IMG/VR virus record: IMGVR_UViG_3300025083_000021
Location: 1 to 61,873 of that record
DNA length: 61,873 nucleotides
Reading direction: 5' to 3' (one strand)
Origin: a virus
Taxonomy: Duplodnaviria > Caudoviricetes
The notes beneath the pieces were generated by a model. It was not told the origin of the DNA. It did no database searches and worked only from the letters and a program-made list of their open reading frames with translations. Of the stretch, positions 17,507 to 29,200 are shown piece after piece; position 1 is the first letter of the stretch, and the number at the start of each line of letters is the position of its first letter. Made by a program: the position numbers and the translations under genes.

Positions 17507-20500
17507 CTAGAATCCTATCTCAAAATCTTGTTTCTTAATAGCATCTATATATTTACTGTATGTTCTTATAGCTGGTAATGATCTCTGCCATTGTTTATTT
17601 ACTTTTAACATGCCTTTATATGGCTTGTTTTGGTAAACATAATCTGAATCTCTATAAAAAGCATCTTCGCCTTTAGTAATATAGGCAACTGGTGTTGTAA
17701 GACTTAATTGTAAAGCTTTTGATGTATTTCTTAATAGTTTTAGTGATGCTATAGGATTAGAGAACATTTGATAATTTTGTTCAATGCCTGCAGGTACTGG
17801 GATAAATGTTAACATTTCATCTTTAGTTCTATCTGCTTGTAATCTTGCAAGATTTTTTAATCTCTTCATTGTATCTGAGTCATCATCACCTGATAATAAT
17901 CCATCCATGAGAGAGTTTAATACAAAAACTGATGATAGAATTGCAATTTCACCTACAGTTCTATAAAATCCTTGTAATTTATTTAATGCTCTTTTATCTA
18001 GATTACCACCTTCACCGGTATATCCATATTGTTCAAGAAAACCTGCTTTTAAAGCTTTAATATCTCTAGTACCTTTAATAAATTCTTTAGTTGCATAGTT
18101 TGTAAACTTCCACCATGATAGGTATCTTCCTTCCATCCATCCTAAATTTTGATCAAAATATTCTCTTTGATATCTAGCTCTTAATGCTGGTGCAACCCAC
18201 TTTTTAAATTGTGTTATTAAGTTACCAAGAGCATAACTCTGAAGAACCATTCTGTCTTCTTTAGCATAATTACCATGAATTTGTTTATTAACTTCCCTTA
18301 TTTGATTTCTTAAATCATATCTAAAATTGTCGTTATAATCAGCAATCTTATTTCCTTTTTTATCTACAACAATATCATAATCTTCTAATAAAGAAACGGT
18401 ATTAGTTTTAGCATCAAAATGTAATGCATCATATAGGGATAATGTTTCTCCTGTTTTACTGTTCTTTATAATAGTATCCATTAACATTGCAACACCTACT
18501 TTAGATTGTACATTATATTCAGCAGCATCCTGCATTACATAACCCCATTCCTTAAATCTTGACCATAAAGATGAATCATCATACTTAGAACTATTCTCAC
18601 GTATATCTGTATCAGGATCCATCATTCTAAAATATTGAGTTACAGCTTCATATTTATTATTTGCTTTATCGGCATCATAATCAGATTTTTTTAAACCTAG
18701 TTTACCTAGTGTAGCAATATCTACTAAATCAGTTGCACCACTTCCTATTCTTTCAAACATTCCAGGAATAGCATTTGTATTAAATTCTTTAGTTGCTCTT
18801 AAATATGCTTTTTTACTAAAAAATCTTTGACCTAGCATTTCAATATTATTATTTATTCTGCCTAGAGCATAGTTATTAAAGTTACCCATAGGGTTAAATG
18901 CTACCCATGTTAATGATGTTGCACCAGTTATTTCTTTTGCAATTTTATCAAACATGCCTTTATTTGCTAGTTCATTATCATAAAAAACCATTGACATGAA
19001 TTTTTTAGCTCTTCTTACAGCATTAGCTTCTAAACCTTGATCTCGTGTAAAACCTACAGCTTTAAGAACGCCTTCTTTAGTTCTTGAAACAAAACTTTGA
19101 CCTGTAGCAACAGGTAAGTCATATTCTCTTCTTTCTAATACTTTAACAAAAGCATTTAATGTATCTTCTACTTCACCCATAACTTCATAGTGTGTAGCCA
19201 TAGCATTAAACTTTATTAAACTAGATCCTAAATCTCTACTTAGTTCACCTGTTGATGGTTTATTATATATTCTATTATATTCTCCTCTAAGCTCTTTAAT
19301 TTGTGCATTATACTTATCGGGTGTTATAAGACCTTTTACTCTTTGTTCTTCAACAAAAGCCATCTTCTTTTCTACTTCTTCTAATTCACCATCCATTCTT
19401 GGCCTTCCTGTATAGAATACTGGTAGTTGATTTGTAAAGTTACCTGATTCATCAAGCATGACTTTTTTCATAGTTGATGTTTCTTGAGTTAAGTTTTTTA
19501 CAGATGTTGTAATATCACTCCACATCTTAGATATTATGTTTGGTTTATCCTTTAGATCACTTAATAAGTTATCTTTAATAGTGGGGACTCTACCCATCAT
19601 TTGATCTCTTTGATATTCAGGAATCTTTTCTAGTAAATCTTCCTCATACATTTTAATAAATAAGTTATAGAACTCTCTTCTAGCTAATGTACCCGCATCA
19701 GTTTTAGTAGGATCCATAAGTTCTGCGTACTTTTTATCACGCATATCCTTACCAGACTTTGTTATTTCTCTAACTTTTCTATATTCAACTTTAGGAAATT
19801 CACTCTTAACATTTTTTACAACTACACCTGTTGGATTACCTTTAACTCTTTGTGGTTGATCATATGTAGAAGATTCAAAATACTTTGCTCTATATACAGC
19901 ATAATCTCTAGCTGAAATGCTATTTCTTTTTTTCCACTCTCCATATTTACCATTAGCACTTACCTGCCAAAACTCATGTATATCTCTAGCTTTCTTAAAC
20001 TCATCTGTATAATAATGATACTCACCATCTACAAGATTACCATCTTCATCTATTTCTTCTGCTCTAAAAAAATCTGCAAATGCTTTTTTCTTATTAGCTA
20101 AATCAATATTATATTGAATATCTTCTTGAGATGCTGTAGATAAATCTGTAACATCCCTGTATTTATAAGGTAAACCTGTATCATCAAATAGTTGAAATCT
20201 TAGATCGTCTTGTATTTTATTATATAGCTCACCTATAGGTTTTATATATCTTCCTGTAAAATTACCATCTTTATCAAATATAGACATGAAGTCATAAAGC
20301 TGATTTCTTTTTAGATTTGGATATAATTTAATTAACTTATTAGCACTATTAATTACAAGTTTATTACGCTGATCAATTAAATCAAGTACCTTTTGTTTTT
20401 GGGTTTTATATATTTTATCCATAACAGAAAGCATTGCATCAGATTGAGTAGCCATATCTTGAGTTAATAAAGCAAGTTGAGATATATCAGGTGATCTTCT

Positions 20501-23200
20501 TACAAGATCATCTAAATCTTGTTCTGTAAATACACTTTGCTTACCACCCCAGTCATTATTAGATCTTTCTCTAATTTTTTCTTTTACAAAATTAATTATA
20601 GCATCATTTACTAATCCTTCTCTAAATATTCTTTCTTCTTCAGTTTCATTTTCTTTCTTTCTTACACCTGTTCCTTTTATCTTATTTCTTAATATATCCA
20701 TCTGACGTATTAATGCTCTTTGTGTAGCATTATGATCTTGAGAATCTTGTATTAAAAATAAAGGTTCAAATGTGCTTAAAAATCTATTGAAATTTAAAGT
20801 ATAGGTTATGTATTCATCTTTACCAAAATTTGCAGGATCTTGAACATAATTAGCAAATTTTTTCATTTGGCGTAAAGCACCTTGAAGAAGATATGTATAT
20901 GTAGCAGATCTAGATGCTGGTCCATTATCAATATTTGCAGAAATATATGCTAGTGTACTAGCAATTTCGTCACGTAGTTCCTCTTTGGACATGTCTCTAA
21001 ATACCGATCGTTCAATTACTTTTAAAGCCTTTTGTTGATCTACTAGAGCAATTCTATAATCTTCTAGTATACCCATTATAGAATTATACTCAGGATATAC
21101 TAAAGGATCTATTTCTTCAGCTAGTTTTTCTTGATCTTCTTCATACTTAGAACCATCAAATATTCCATCATCAGAATTATCAATTATATCATCTAATTGG
21201 TCTTTAGAATATTGATCAACATTTTGTGGTATTAACATATCCACATATGTCATATTCTTAGTGTCGTTTATAAACTCAACTCCACCATCTACCTCAATCT
21301 TATCACCATCAGCTTTAACATGAAATGTCTGAGCTCCTGTTAAAGTTCTATTAGTGTTGTATCCCATGTTATCAAGCATTCTTTTTAACATGTTTACTTC
21401 AATGCTATTTTGAGAAGAGTTAGTCATTTTTAATATACCGTGTTTCTCTTTTAAAGCACTACCATTTTTTAATGGATGTAATTCTTCAGAATATGCTTTC
21501 TTTCCTTGTTCACCATATATAGAGTCTTTACTTACTTTTAAATCAACAATATTAACAACACCTGTCTTATCAATAACTAATAGATCTACAGTTCCTGCAG
21601 TTTTAGTATTTGGATCAAACACAACAACATTAGATAATGCAACAGCACCATCAGGAATAATAGGATTATTATTTCCTAAAAGTTGTTCTTGTAAAGAATC
21701 AACCACTTCTTTTGCAGCTTCTTCACTCAAAGTTGTTAACCTTGAAGAAGCATCTTCAAAACTTTCATTACCAACAACAGCATCAAATAAAGTTTTTATA
21801 TCATCATTTACTTCTAGATTAAGAGCATCATTCTCATTATTACTAAGACCTATATAATCAGATGTAGAAGAATAAACCTCACCTGTTGATATATTCATGT
21901 ATGAATTATCTTTTTTATTATAAGCAACTATATCTCCATTATAATCAGAGTTTTTATTACTTGCTGATAGGTCCCCAATAATATCTTCTGATGATCTAGC
22001 AGTATGAAATAAACGTTTTATAAATTCTTTTTGAATATCATTAGACTCTTTTAAAACTTTTCTTACAACTTTATCTTTTTCAGGAGATAATGAATATCTA
22101 ACTCTACTATCTACTTTACTATCTAATTTAAATTCTATATCAGATGTATTTAAAAGTTTTGCTATATCTGTTAAAGAAGATGTAGCAGTTATAGATTTTG
22201 CTGTAAAAGGTTTACCTGTTAAGTACTCACTAAGATTACCTATAACATCTAAGAACCAATCTAATACTTCTTTAATTTTAGTTAAGAAACTTCTTGTTGG
22301 AGTTTTTTCATACTCATTATTAAAGTGTCTAGAAAGAGCTTGAGTAACCATCTCTAAATTTCTATCTAGAGGTGTAAATCCTTTACTGTCAGAATATGCA
22401 GCATTTATTGCTTGATTCATTTCAGGAAAGTTTTTCTTAGCTTCTTTTAATAAGCCTTCAAATAACTCAGGATTATCTGCTTTAATTGCATCAACAAATG
22501 GATGTAGTATTTCTTCTATTGCAGTTTCATCTGTTACTCTACCCTTTATTAATACAGCCAGACCTTCATAGAAAAATGAATTAACCTGATCAAAACTTAC
22601 ATCTGTTTTTGCCCACTTAGGAACTTTATTTTCATCATTCCAAATAGCTTCTGCTTCAGCTTCAGTCATAAGCTTTACACCAACCTGTGGAAACAATCTT
22701 CTTAAATGTGATACAACAGCTCTAGCACGTGGTGTATCCCAAGATCTAGACTTTTCTAATAAATCTTTAGGTGTAAATACATTATTTATAACTTGCACCT
22801 TATAGCTTTTAGGTGTTCTTGTAATTGTTACAGAGTTTAAAGGGATATTATTAATTTCTAAATACCTTGTAAGTCTTTTTAAATTAGCTTGTAAGAATTC
22901 TTCATCGTATTTAAACGTAGCAGGATTAGAATTATTAACTAAATAAAAACCCTGGTAACTATGTAGTATTCTTTTTTCTACAAGATTTGCTAATAAGTTT
23001 TCAGAGAACTCTTTTTGCTTTAATGAAAATGCTGCTTTGTTATTTTTAACAAACTCTTTTGCTTGTACAACAGATGGAAATACATCTGTGTTATTTAAAT
23101 CTTGCCACTTATTGATTATATTATCAGTTTGTATTTCTGATTTATATACTTCCTGTAGAGATTTATACTCTGCTGTATTTCTATTTGGACACTTAGCCAT
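17507..23200 (-). CDS. Giant virion cargo/ejection protein with degenerate zincin-like and PD-(D/E)XK-like domains
   Basis: 1897 aa, adjacent to the vRNAP. Contains IEEILHPFV...EMVTQ, AGTVDLLVID...IVDLK and a C-terminal QIHGNY...QFKKW with a hydrophobic helix. Confidence 0.75.
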   Translation of the reverse strand: MAKCPNRNTAEYKSLQEVYKSEIQTDNIINKWQDLNNTDVFPSVVQAKEFVKNNKAAFSLKQKEFSENLLANLVEKRILHSYQGFYLVNNSNPATFKYDEEFLQANLKRLTRYLEINNIPLNSVTITRTPKSYKVQVINNVFTPKDLLEKSRSWDTPRARAVVSHLRRLFPQVGVKLMTEAEAEAIWNDENKVPKWAKTDVSFDQVNSFFYEGLAVLIKGRVTDETAIEEILHPFVDAIKADNPELFEGLLKEAKKNFPEMNQAINAAYSDSKGFTPLDRNLEMVTQALSRHFNNEYEKTPTRSFLTKIKEVLDWFLDVIGNLSEYLTGKPFTAKSITATSSLTDIAKLLNTSDIEFKLDSKVDSRVRYSLSPEKDKVVRKVLKESNDIQKEFIKRLFHTARSSEDIIGDLSASNKNSDYNGDIVAYNKKDNSYMNISTGEVYSSTSDYIGLSNNENDALNLEVNDDIKTLFDAVVGNESFEDASSRLTTLSEEAAKEVVDSLQEQLLGNNNPIIPDGAVALSNVVVFDPNTKTAGTVDLLVIDKTGVVNIVDLKVSKDSIYGEQGKKAYSEELHPLKNGSALKEKHGILKMTNSSQNSIEVNMLKRMLDNMGYNTNRTLTGAQTFHVKADGDKIEVDGGVEFINDTKNMTYVDMLIPQNVDQYSKDQLDDIIDNSDDGIFDGSKYEEDQEKLAEEIDPLVYPEYNSIMGILEDYRIALVDQQKALKVIERSVFRDMSKEELRDEIASTLAYISANIDNGPASRSATYTYLLQGALRQMKKFANYVQDPANFGKDEYITYTLNFNRFLSTFEPLFLIQDSQDHNATQRALIRQMDILRNKIKGTGVRKKENETEEERIFREGLVNDAIINFVKEKIRERSNNDWGGKQSVFTEQDLDDLVRRSPDISQLALLTQDMATQSDAMLSVMDKIYKTQKQKVLDLIDQRNKLVINSANKLIKLYPNLKRNQLYDFMSIFDKDGNFTGRYIKPIGELYNKIQDDLRFQLFDDTGLPYKYRDVTDLSTASQEDIQYNIDLANKKKAFADFFRAEEIDEDGNLVDGEYHYYTDEFKKARDIHEFWQVSANGKYGEWKKRNSISARDYAVYRAKYFESSTYDQPQRVKGNPTGVVVKNVKSEFPKVEYRKVREITKSGKDMRDKKYAELMDPTKTDAGTLARREFYNLFIKMYEEDLLEKIPEYQRDQMMGRVPTIKDNLLSDLKDKPNIISKMWSDITTSVKNLTQETSTMKKVMLDESGNFTNQLPVFYTGRPRMDGELEEVEKKMAFVEEQRVKGLITPDKYNAQIKELRGEYNRIYNKPSTGELSRDLGSSLIKFNAMATHYEVMGEVEDTLNAFVKVLERREYDLPVATGQSFVSRTKEGVLKAVGFTRDQGLEANAVRRAKKFMSMVFYDNELANKGMFDKIAKEITGATSLTWVAFNPMGNFNNYALGRINNNIEMLGQRFFSKKAYLRATKEFNTNAIPGMFERIGSGATDLVDIATLGKLGLKKSDYDADKANNKYEAVTQYFRMMDPDTDIRENSSKYDDSSLWSRFKEWGYVMQDAAEYNVQSKVGVAMLMDTIIKNSKTGETLSLYDALHFDAKTNTVSLLEDYDIVVDKKGNKIADYNDNFRYDLRNQIREVNKQIHGNYAKEDRMVLQSYALGNLITQFKKWVAPALRARYQREYFDQNLGWMEGRYLSWWKFTNYATKEFIKGTRDIKALKAGFLEQYGYTGEGGNLDKRALNKLQGFYRTVGEIAILSSVFVLNSLMDGLLSGDDDSDTMKRLKNLARLQADRTKDEMLTFIPVPAGIEQNYQMFSNPIASLKLLRNTSKALQLSLTTPVAYITKGEDAFYRDSDYVYQNKPYKGMLKVNKQWQRSLPAIRTYSKYIDAIKKQDFEIGF

Positions 23201-23206
23201 AGTTTA

Positions 23207-26200
23207 TTATAAGTTACATTTTTTAATCTGTTCTACAAACTCCTCTTGATCTTTATAAATACCGTCTTCATATTCTTTAATCAAGTCTTCCAAAGATAAT
23301 ATATTATTGTTTTCTCTCAGAGAATTTTTAATCTCTTTGTTAAATTGTATATTACTATCCCAAAAGTTTTCAATGATTGTATAATTATCATTTATTTCTT
23401 CATTGAATTTTTGAAGTTCATTAAATAGATCCGATGTTAGTTGTTGAGCATCTTCATTAATATTATCAAGTTCATCAATAAGATCTGGATCAATATCCGT
23501 ATATTCTTCTACCTTTTCAACCTTAAGATTTTTTTCAGTTGGTGTAATATCAGCAATATTTTTATCATTGATTTTAACAATACCATCACTAGTAACTTCA
23601 ATATTAGCGCCTGGTGCTTGTGCAGCTCGCTGCTTTACTTGATCTATTCTATCTAGTTGTTGTTCTTCCTCAACTGTATCTTCTTTCTTCTCTCTACTTT
23701 TTACATACTCTCTTACTTGATTATATGTAGGTCTATCACCAAACATAAATCCTATAGGATTCTGTTGATTAGAACCTGTAGTTTCTACTTCGGTATATGT
23801 AGCAACATCTTTATCCGCACCTGTAAGCCTATATGTTTTATAAGTTACTTTTGTAAAATCTCTACCTTCAAATGTATCGGTAACACGAACAAAAAGAGGA
23901 TTTACATCTTCAGATTTAGCAGTTAATGTATCATCTACTATATTTACATCTTCAGGTTTTATAAGATCACCCGTTAATGTAGTAGTAAAATTATAATTGT
24001 TCAATAAAGTATTACTTCTATTAGATAGCAAATAACCTTCTATAAATTCAGATTTGAGATCTTCAAAGTTTAATCCAAATGTAGATGTAATAAGTTCATT
24101 GTTATTACTTCTCAATGCATTAGATGCTGTATCAACATGATTTAAATATTGTTCCATCATAAATGGTGAGATAGCTTGTATTAAAGACGCATAGCCTATT
24201 TGTAATCCATCTTTAACCATCATATAATTTACTATATCTATAGCATCTTGTTTATATTTAACAGAGCCATATAATCTAGCAAATGATGTTTGCAAATCAA
24301 TCATTTGAGCTTGATTTAAATTTCTAAAAGTATTTGCTTCAAGTAATTCTAAACCTGTTGTATTAGATTGATCATCAGCAGGATTGCTTATTGCAAAATT
24401 CTGAACAAAGAAATTATCTTTTAAATCCTCCTGTTCTCTTAATGTATTTATAGTATCAGTGATAGTTTTATACTGTCCACCTTCTACAGTAGGATATATA
24501 TAAGAATTATTCAATGTTGCTACAGATTGTGAATTAGTATCTAATTTGTTTTTCTGATAAGCTTTAATTGTCAAATAAGATAATAAATCTCTAGATATCT
24601 TAGATTCAACTTCTTCAGTAAAATCTAGTGTATTTGTTTTTATACTCTTATATAAATCATTCAATATAGATCTAAAGTTTTCTGTACCTGATACAAAGGC
24701 AGCAGGTGCTATATCATTATAAAATTGTTCAAATATTTTTAGATAACCAGACTGCCAAGTAGAACCTCTAAAAACTTTATTTAAATCTATAAGTGCTCCT
24801 TTTGCAAAAAGATCAGATATATCATTTACTCTTTTATTTATATCTGCTATATTTTTACCTAATCCATTAGATAATGTAGTAACAGCAGACATCTTAGATG
24901 TAAAGTCTTTAATGTCAAGTAGTTTTTGGAACTCTAAAAGAATACCTAATTTTATATCTTCAGCTCTTCCATCAGGTTTATCTTCTTTAACAACTTCCTC
25001 TACCGGTGCTTCCTCGGTTATAACTTCTTCAGTTTTTTCTACAGGAAACTCTTCATTATAGTAGTTTATTAATATATCATCACTTATTGATGCAGGTTTT
25101 ATTTTCCTTACTTCAGTTAGATTATCAATCTGTTGTTTAAGAATATTCTTAACACCCGGATCTGTTTTTTCTTTTTTATTAAAGGCTTGATCATATATAG
25201 ATGTTATCAATGGATTGTTGACAAGTAACAAACTAGTTTTAAGCGGTATACCTAATGCTGTAGCATTTGCAACAATACTAAGAGAATGTCTGTTTAAACC
25301 TAGTTTTGCTGCTAAACGTTCTTTGGCATTGTCTGTCATTGCAGTAATTAAAGAAGATATTATATCTTGCTTTCTATCACCTTTAGTACCATCACTAAGT
25401 ATTTCATTTAATACTCCAAAATCATTATAAGCTCTATCGTTAAATACAGGAGCCGGTCCTTTTAGTTTTGATTTATACTCAGTTAATAAACTTAGATATG
25501 TATTAGGTAATACAATTGCTCCAATTGCAGCACCTTTATTTGCCATCCATGCTTTAATCTTACCAAGTATGTTATCCACATCTACATTATCCTCTCTATT
25601 TTTTTCTTTCAACCCTGGTAAAAGTTCTTCTAATACTTCCAGTATTCCAGTTTGAGTTTCTTTATCTGTTAATATTTCCAAACCTGCAGGAGTATATGAT
25701 ATAGGTGTTCCTTCTTTTGCTTCTGTTACACCTCTATTACCCATCAGTGCATACTTATAATCTAGTATTTCATTATTGTATGCTGCTTCATACGGTTCTC
25801 CATACTTAGATTTATAATCTTCATATTGTTTTTTACTTACAGGAAGACCTAATGCTGTTAAAGCTTTTATAGACTTATCGGTAAATCCTAAATCATTTAA
25901 AGCTAGCATTTCAGCATCTGTATATGAATCTTCTATATTTAAACCTTGGGTCTCATATAGTCTATATCCTTTAGCATATGGAGTATTCTCATTTACTTTT
26001 TCATTTACATACTTTATGTAGTCTTTATACTCTCTTCCTTCTGTTGCTCCATACTCATAAAATTTATTATCCTCTACATAGAATTCTTTTATCTGAGTAA
26101 ATACCTTGTCAATATCAAAGTCAGATCCAGCTATCTCAACCAATTCTTGTGGGAACATTGCACTAGAACCATTTACAGTAGGTAAGAAATCTACAAGCTT

Positions 26201-29200
26201 TACATTCATTGTAGAGTGATTATCTTGAGAAGGTATACGTACAGCAAACATTTTTGATATAACTTCAGGAATATTAGCAGCTGTATTTTCAATAAGATTT
26301 CTAACAGATGCATGGTGCGCTGGAACAAGACCTTCACTATATCGTTGACCTGTAGCTGTTTTAGGATCTTTAGGATTAGTGTATTCCATCAAACCTGTTC
26401 TTAATCTATCTAATACTACTATGCCTTCTGCAGGTATTTGATCATTAGTTAAATTACTTAAAGTAAATACTTCTGGTTTATCTTCAAGTTTTTCCCATTG
26501 CTTTTCTCTAATTACTTCTGATCTAACTGGATTACCATCAGCATCTACTTCATATACTCTTCTGTATACTTTCATACCAAAATCAGAAACTAAAGATAAA
26601 GTCTCTCCAGGAATTTTTTCTGATAATACACCTTTACTAAAGAAGCTTAAAAATAATTCTTCAAACTTATTTACAGTAATAGGATTATTTAAATTATACT
26701 TTTGTTCACCGTTTTGTTTAGAAAAGAACTCTAAAAGATTACTACTAGACTTACTAGCTTTAAGTGACTCAGTAGCATAATCTAAAAATATAGATAAGTT
26801 AGGTGTTATCTTACCTGTAATTTTAAACTCAGCAACTTCTTTCATTGCCTTATCAAAAGTAAAAATAAGATTTCTGTTATTCTTATATTTTAAAACAAGC
26901 CTTCTATTGGTAGCCTTATTATATTCTTCTCTTATTTTACCTACAGTCATATTAAGACCTTCAACTTCTACAGAGTCATCTTGTTCAGAAGTAACAAGAG
27001 CTTTAATTTGAGTAGGATCTGTTGTTTCTAATTTATTAGATGGGTTTAATACTTGTAATCCAAAGTATTTTGTTTCTAATGTAGAATAACCATTTTCAAA
27101 CTCTTCTGTATTATCAAGCGTAGTTAATGAATTTACTTTTTGCTTCATCATTTTAGAAGCACTTAAAGGAGAAGCCATGGCTATTGTATTTGTTTCTTTT
27201 TCAATAGCTTCAAGTTTAATTCTTAAGTTGTGTAATGCTTCTCTGGAAGGTTTAGCTGTACCATCAGGGTTAGAAGTTAACTCAGGAGTTAGTACAAATG
27301 CTGACATCTTTAAATATGTTTTACCATCAAAGTAAACCATCTTCTTACTGTTTAGCATTTCTTTATTTGAAGCATAACCTCCAGGTTCAAATATTGAGTA
27401 AGAAGGAATATACTCTCCTCTTTCAACTCTATCTAATAATTCTGCTTGAGCAGCTGTAAGTTTACCAATACCAAATCTTGTATATCTAAATGCTTTGGTT
27501 GTCATATAAAGTTGACCATCAGCTCTATCAATACTCTTACCACCAATTGATGATACTCCAATCGGTTCTTCTAAAGCAACATAACTAATCTCTTTATTAG
27601 GATGATTTATACCATACTCAGGTGCTGTAAAATTACTTTCTGAACTATAGAAAGCACCATTTTGACCTTTACCTCTTTTAGTTTTATCAACTGCATCTTT
27701 TAATGATACAGCTTGATCTCCAAGTAACACTTCATTTATTGCTGTAGTATTGATCCAATCATTAAAGAATATTTGTTTAAGATTATATTCTTTATCATTA
27801 ATTAAATTTAATTCTGGAGCAGAAGATAAACCTTTATTAATTGCATTACTTGTTAAATCTTTTGCACCTAACTCTACTAATAACTGATCAAACTTTTCAA
27901 ACTCATCATTTAATTTCTTCTCTAGATCTTTTTTAAATTGACCTTCAGTTTTATTTAATGATGATAATGCTTCTTTAAGTGATATATCAAAATTAGTTTT
28001 TGCTTTTTCTTCTAAACCTTCTTTGATGTTTTGATCTAATAATAGTCCTGTATTATAAAATTTAAATGCTCTTCCAGTATCAGTATCATTATAACCTAAT
28101 CTTTCTTCAGATTTAGTTTCAGAATTTGACTCACGTTGTATTCTTTTAAACTCATTATCTATTTGTTCTAAATAAATATTAAGTGCTTTTTCAGTTAATT
28201 TAGTTTTTCCTTTTACTAACTCTACAGTTTTTATAACAGGAAGTGATAATAAGTCTCCAGTATTTGAAGCCTCCATTACTCTTATTAGAACTGGAGCTAG
28301 TGCCGCAGTCATAGTTTGATCTGTTAAATTATCCTCATATTCAACTGTTTCAACTTTACCACTCTTTGTATTATAATTAGAAGTGTAAAAATTTAAAAGT
28401 GATAATACAAGTTCTCTAGGAGTAAAGTCTCCATATGCACTTCTGTCTGATATACCTGTTAGTCTTGCATTTATTTCCTCTTCGGTCTCATTTAATTTTC
28501 CTACTAAACTACCTGCAATTCTAGTTACTCTTAATTTACTCTTATCAGAAAGTTTTATGAAAGCCGGATCATTTAATAAATAATTATTTTCTAAGTATCC
28601 ATCTCTAAGATCATTTAGTTCTTCAGTATTATTTAATGCTTCAACTTGTTTTAAGTGGAATGTTGGAAGCTGATGAGCATATACCAAATCTCCATTTGGA
28701 TTTTTAAATACTGGTGCACCAACTGTTTCATCAAACTCAGCATTGTTTTCACTCATTTTATTTAAACGTGAAGACATACCTTCTATTCCAGGATCAAATA
28801 TATCACCATTACTTTCTATAGATCTTTGCAATTGTTCTATATCTGCTGAATCTATAGGTAAAACATATTGATTAGCATTATAATTAGTTTCTTGTTTTGG
28901 AGTTCTTGATTCTCTATTATACGCTATACTAAAAGCAATATATTTTTTGCTTAATCTTATACCAGTATAGTTAAACAAATCTTGTGATGTCTCTTTAGAT
29001 ATTCTATCTAATTGTAAATCATCAATTAACTGTGTACCTTCAAGATAAACTCTAAACTTATTAATTGCTTCTATTGCTCCATCTTTAAAAGTTTTATCAG
29101 ATTTAATTTTCTTAGATGCTTGTACCCATGCTTGTGACCATCTTGAAAGTTGTGAGTTAACATCATCTCTATTTGCTGCTGAATATATTAAAGAACCACC

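Noticed and set aside
1327-17966. Short antisense ORFs (1327..1539, 8946..9200, 12295..12522, 13348..13560, 14508..14756, 15787..15972, 15848..16063, 17784..17966)
   Set aside because: They lie opposite well-supported genes and have shadow-frame composition with no motifs.
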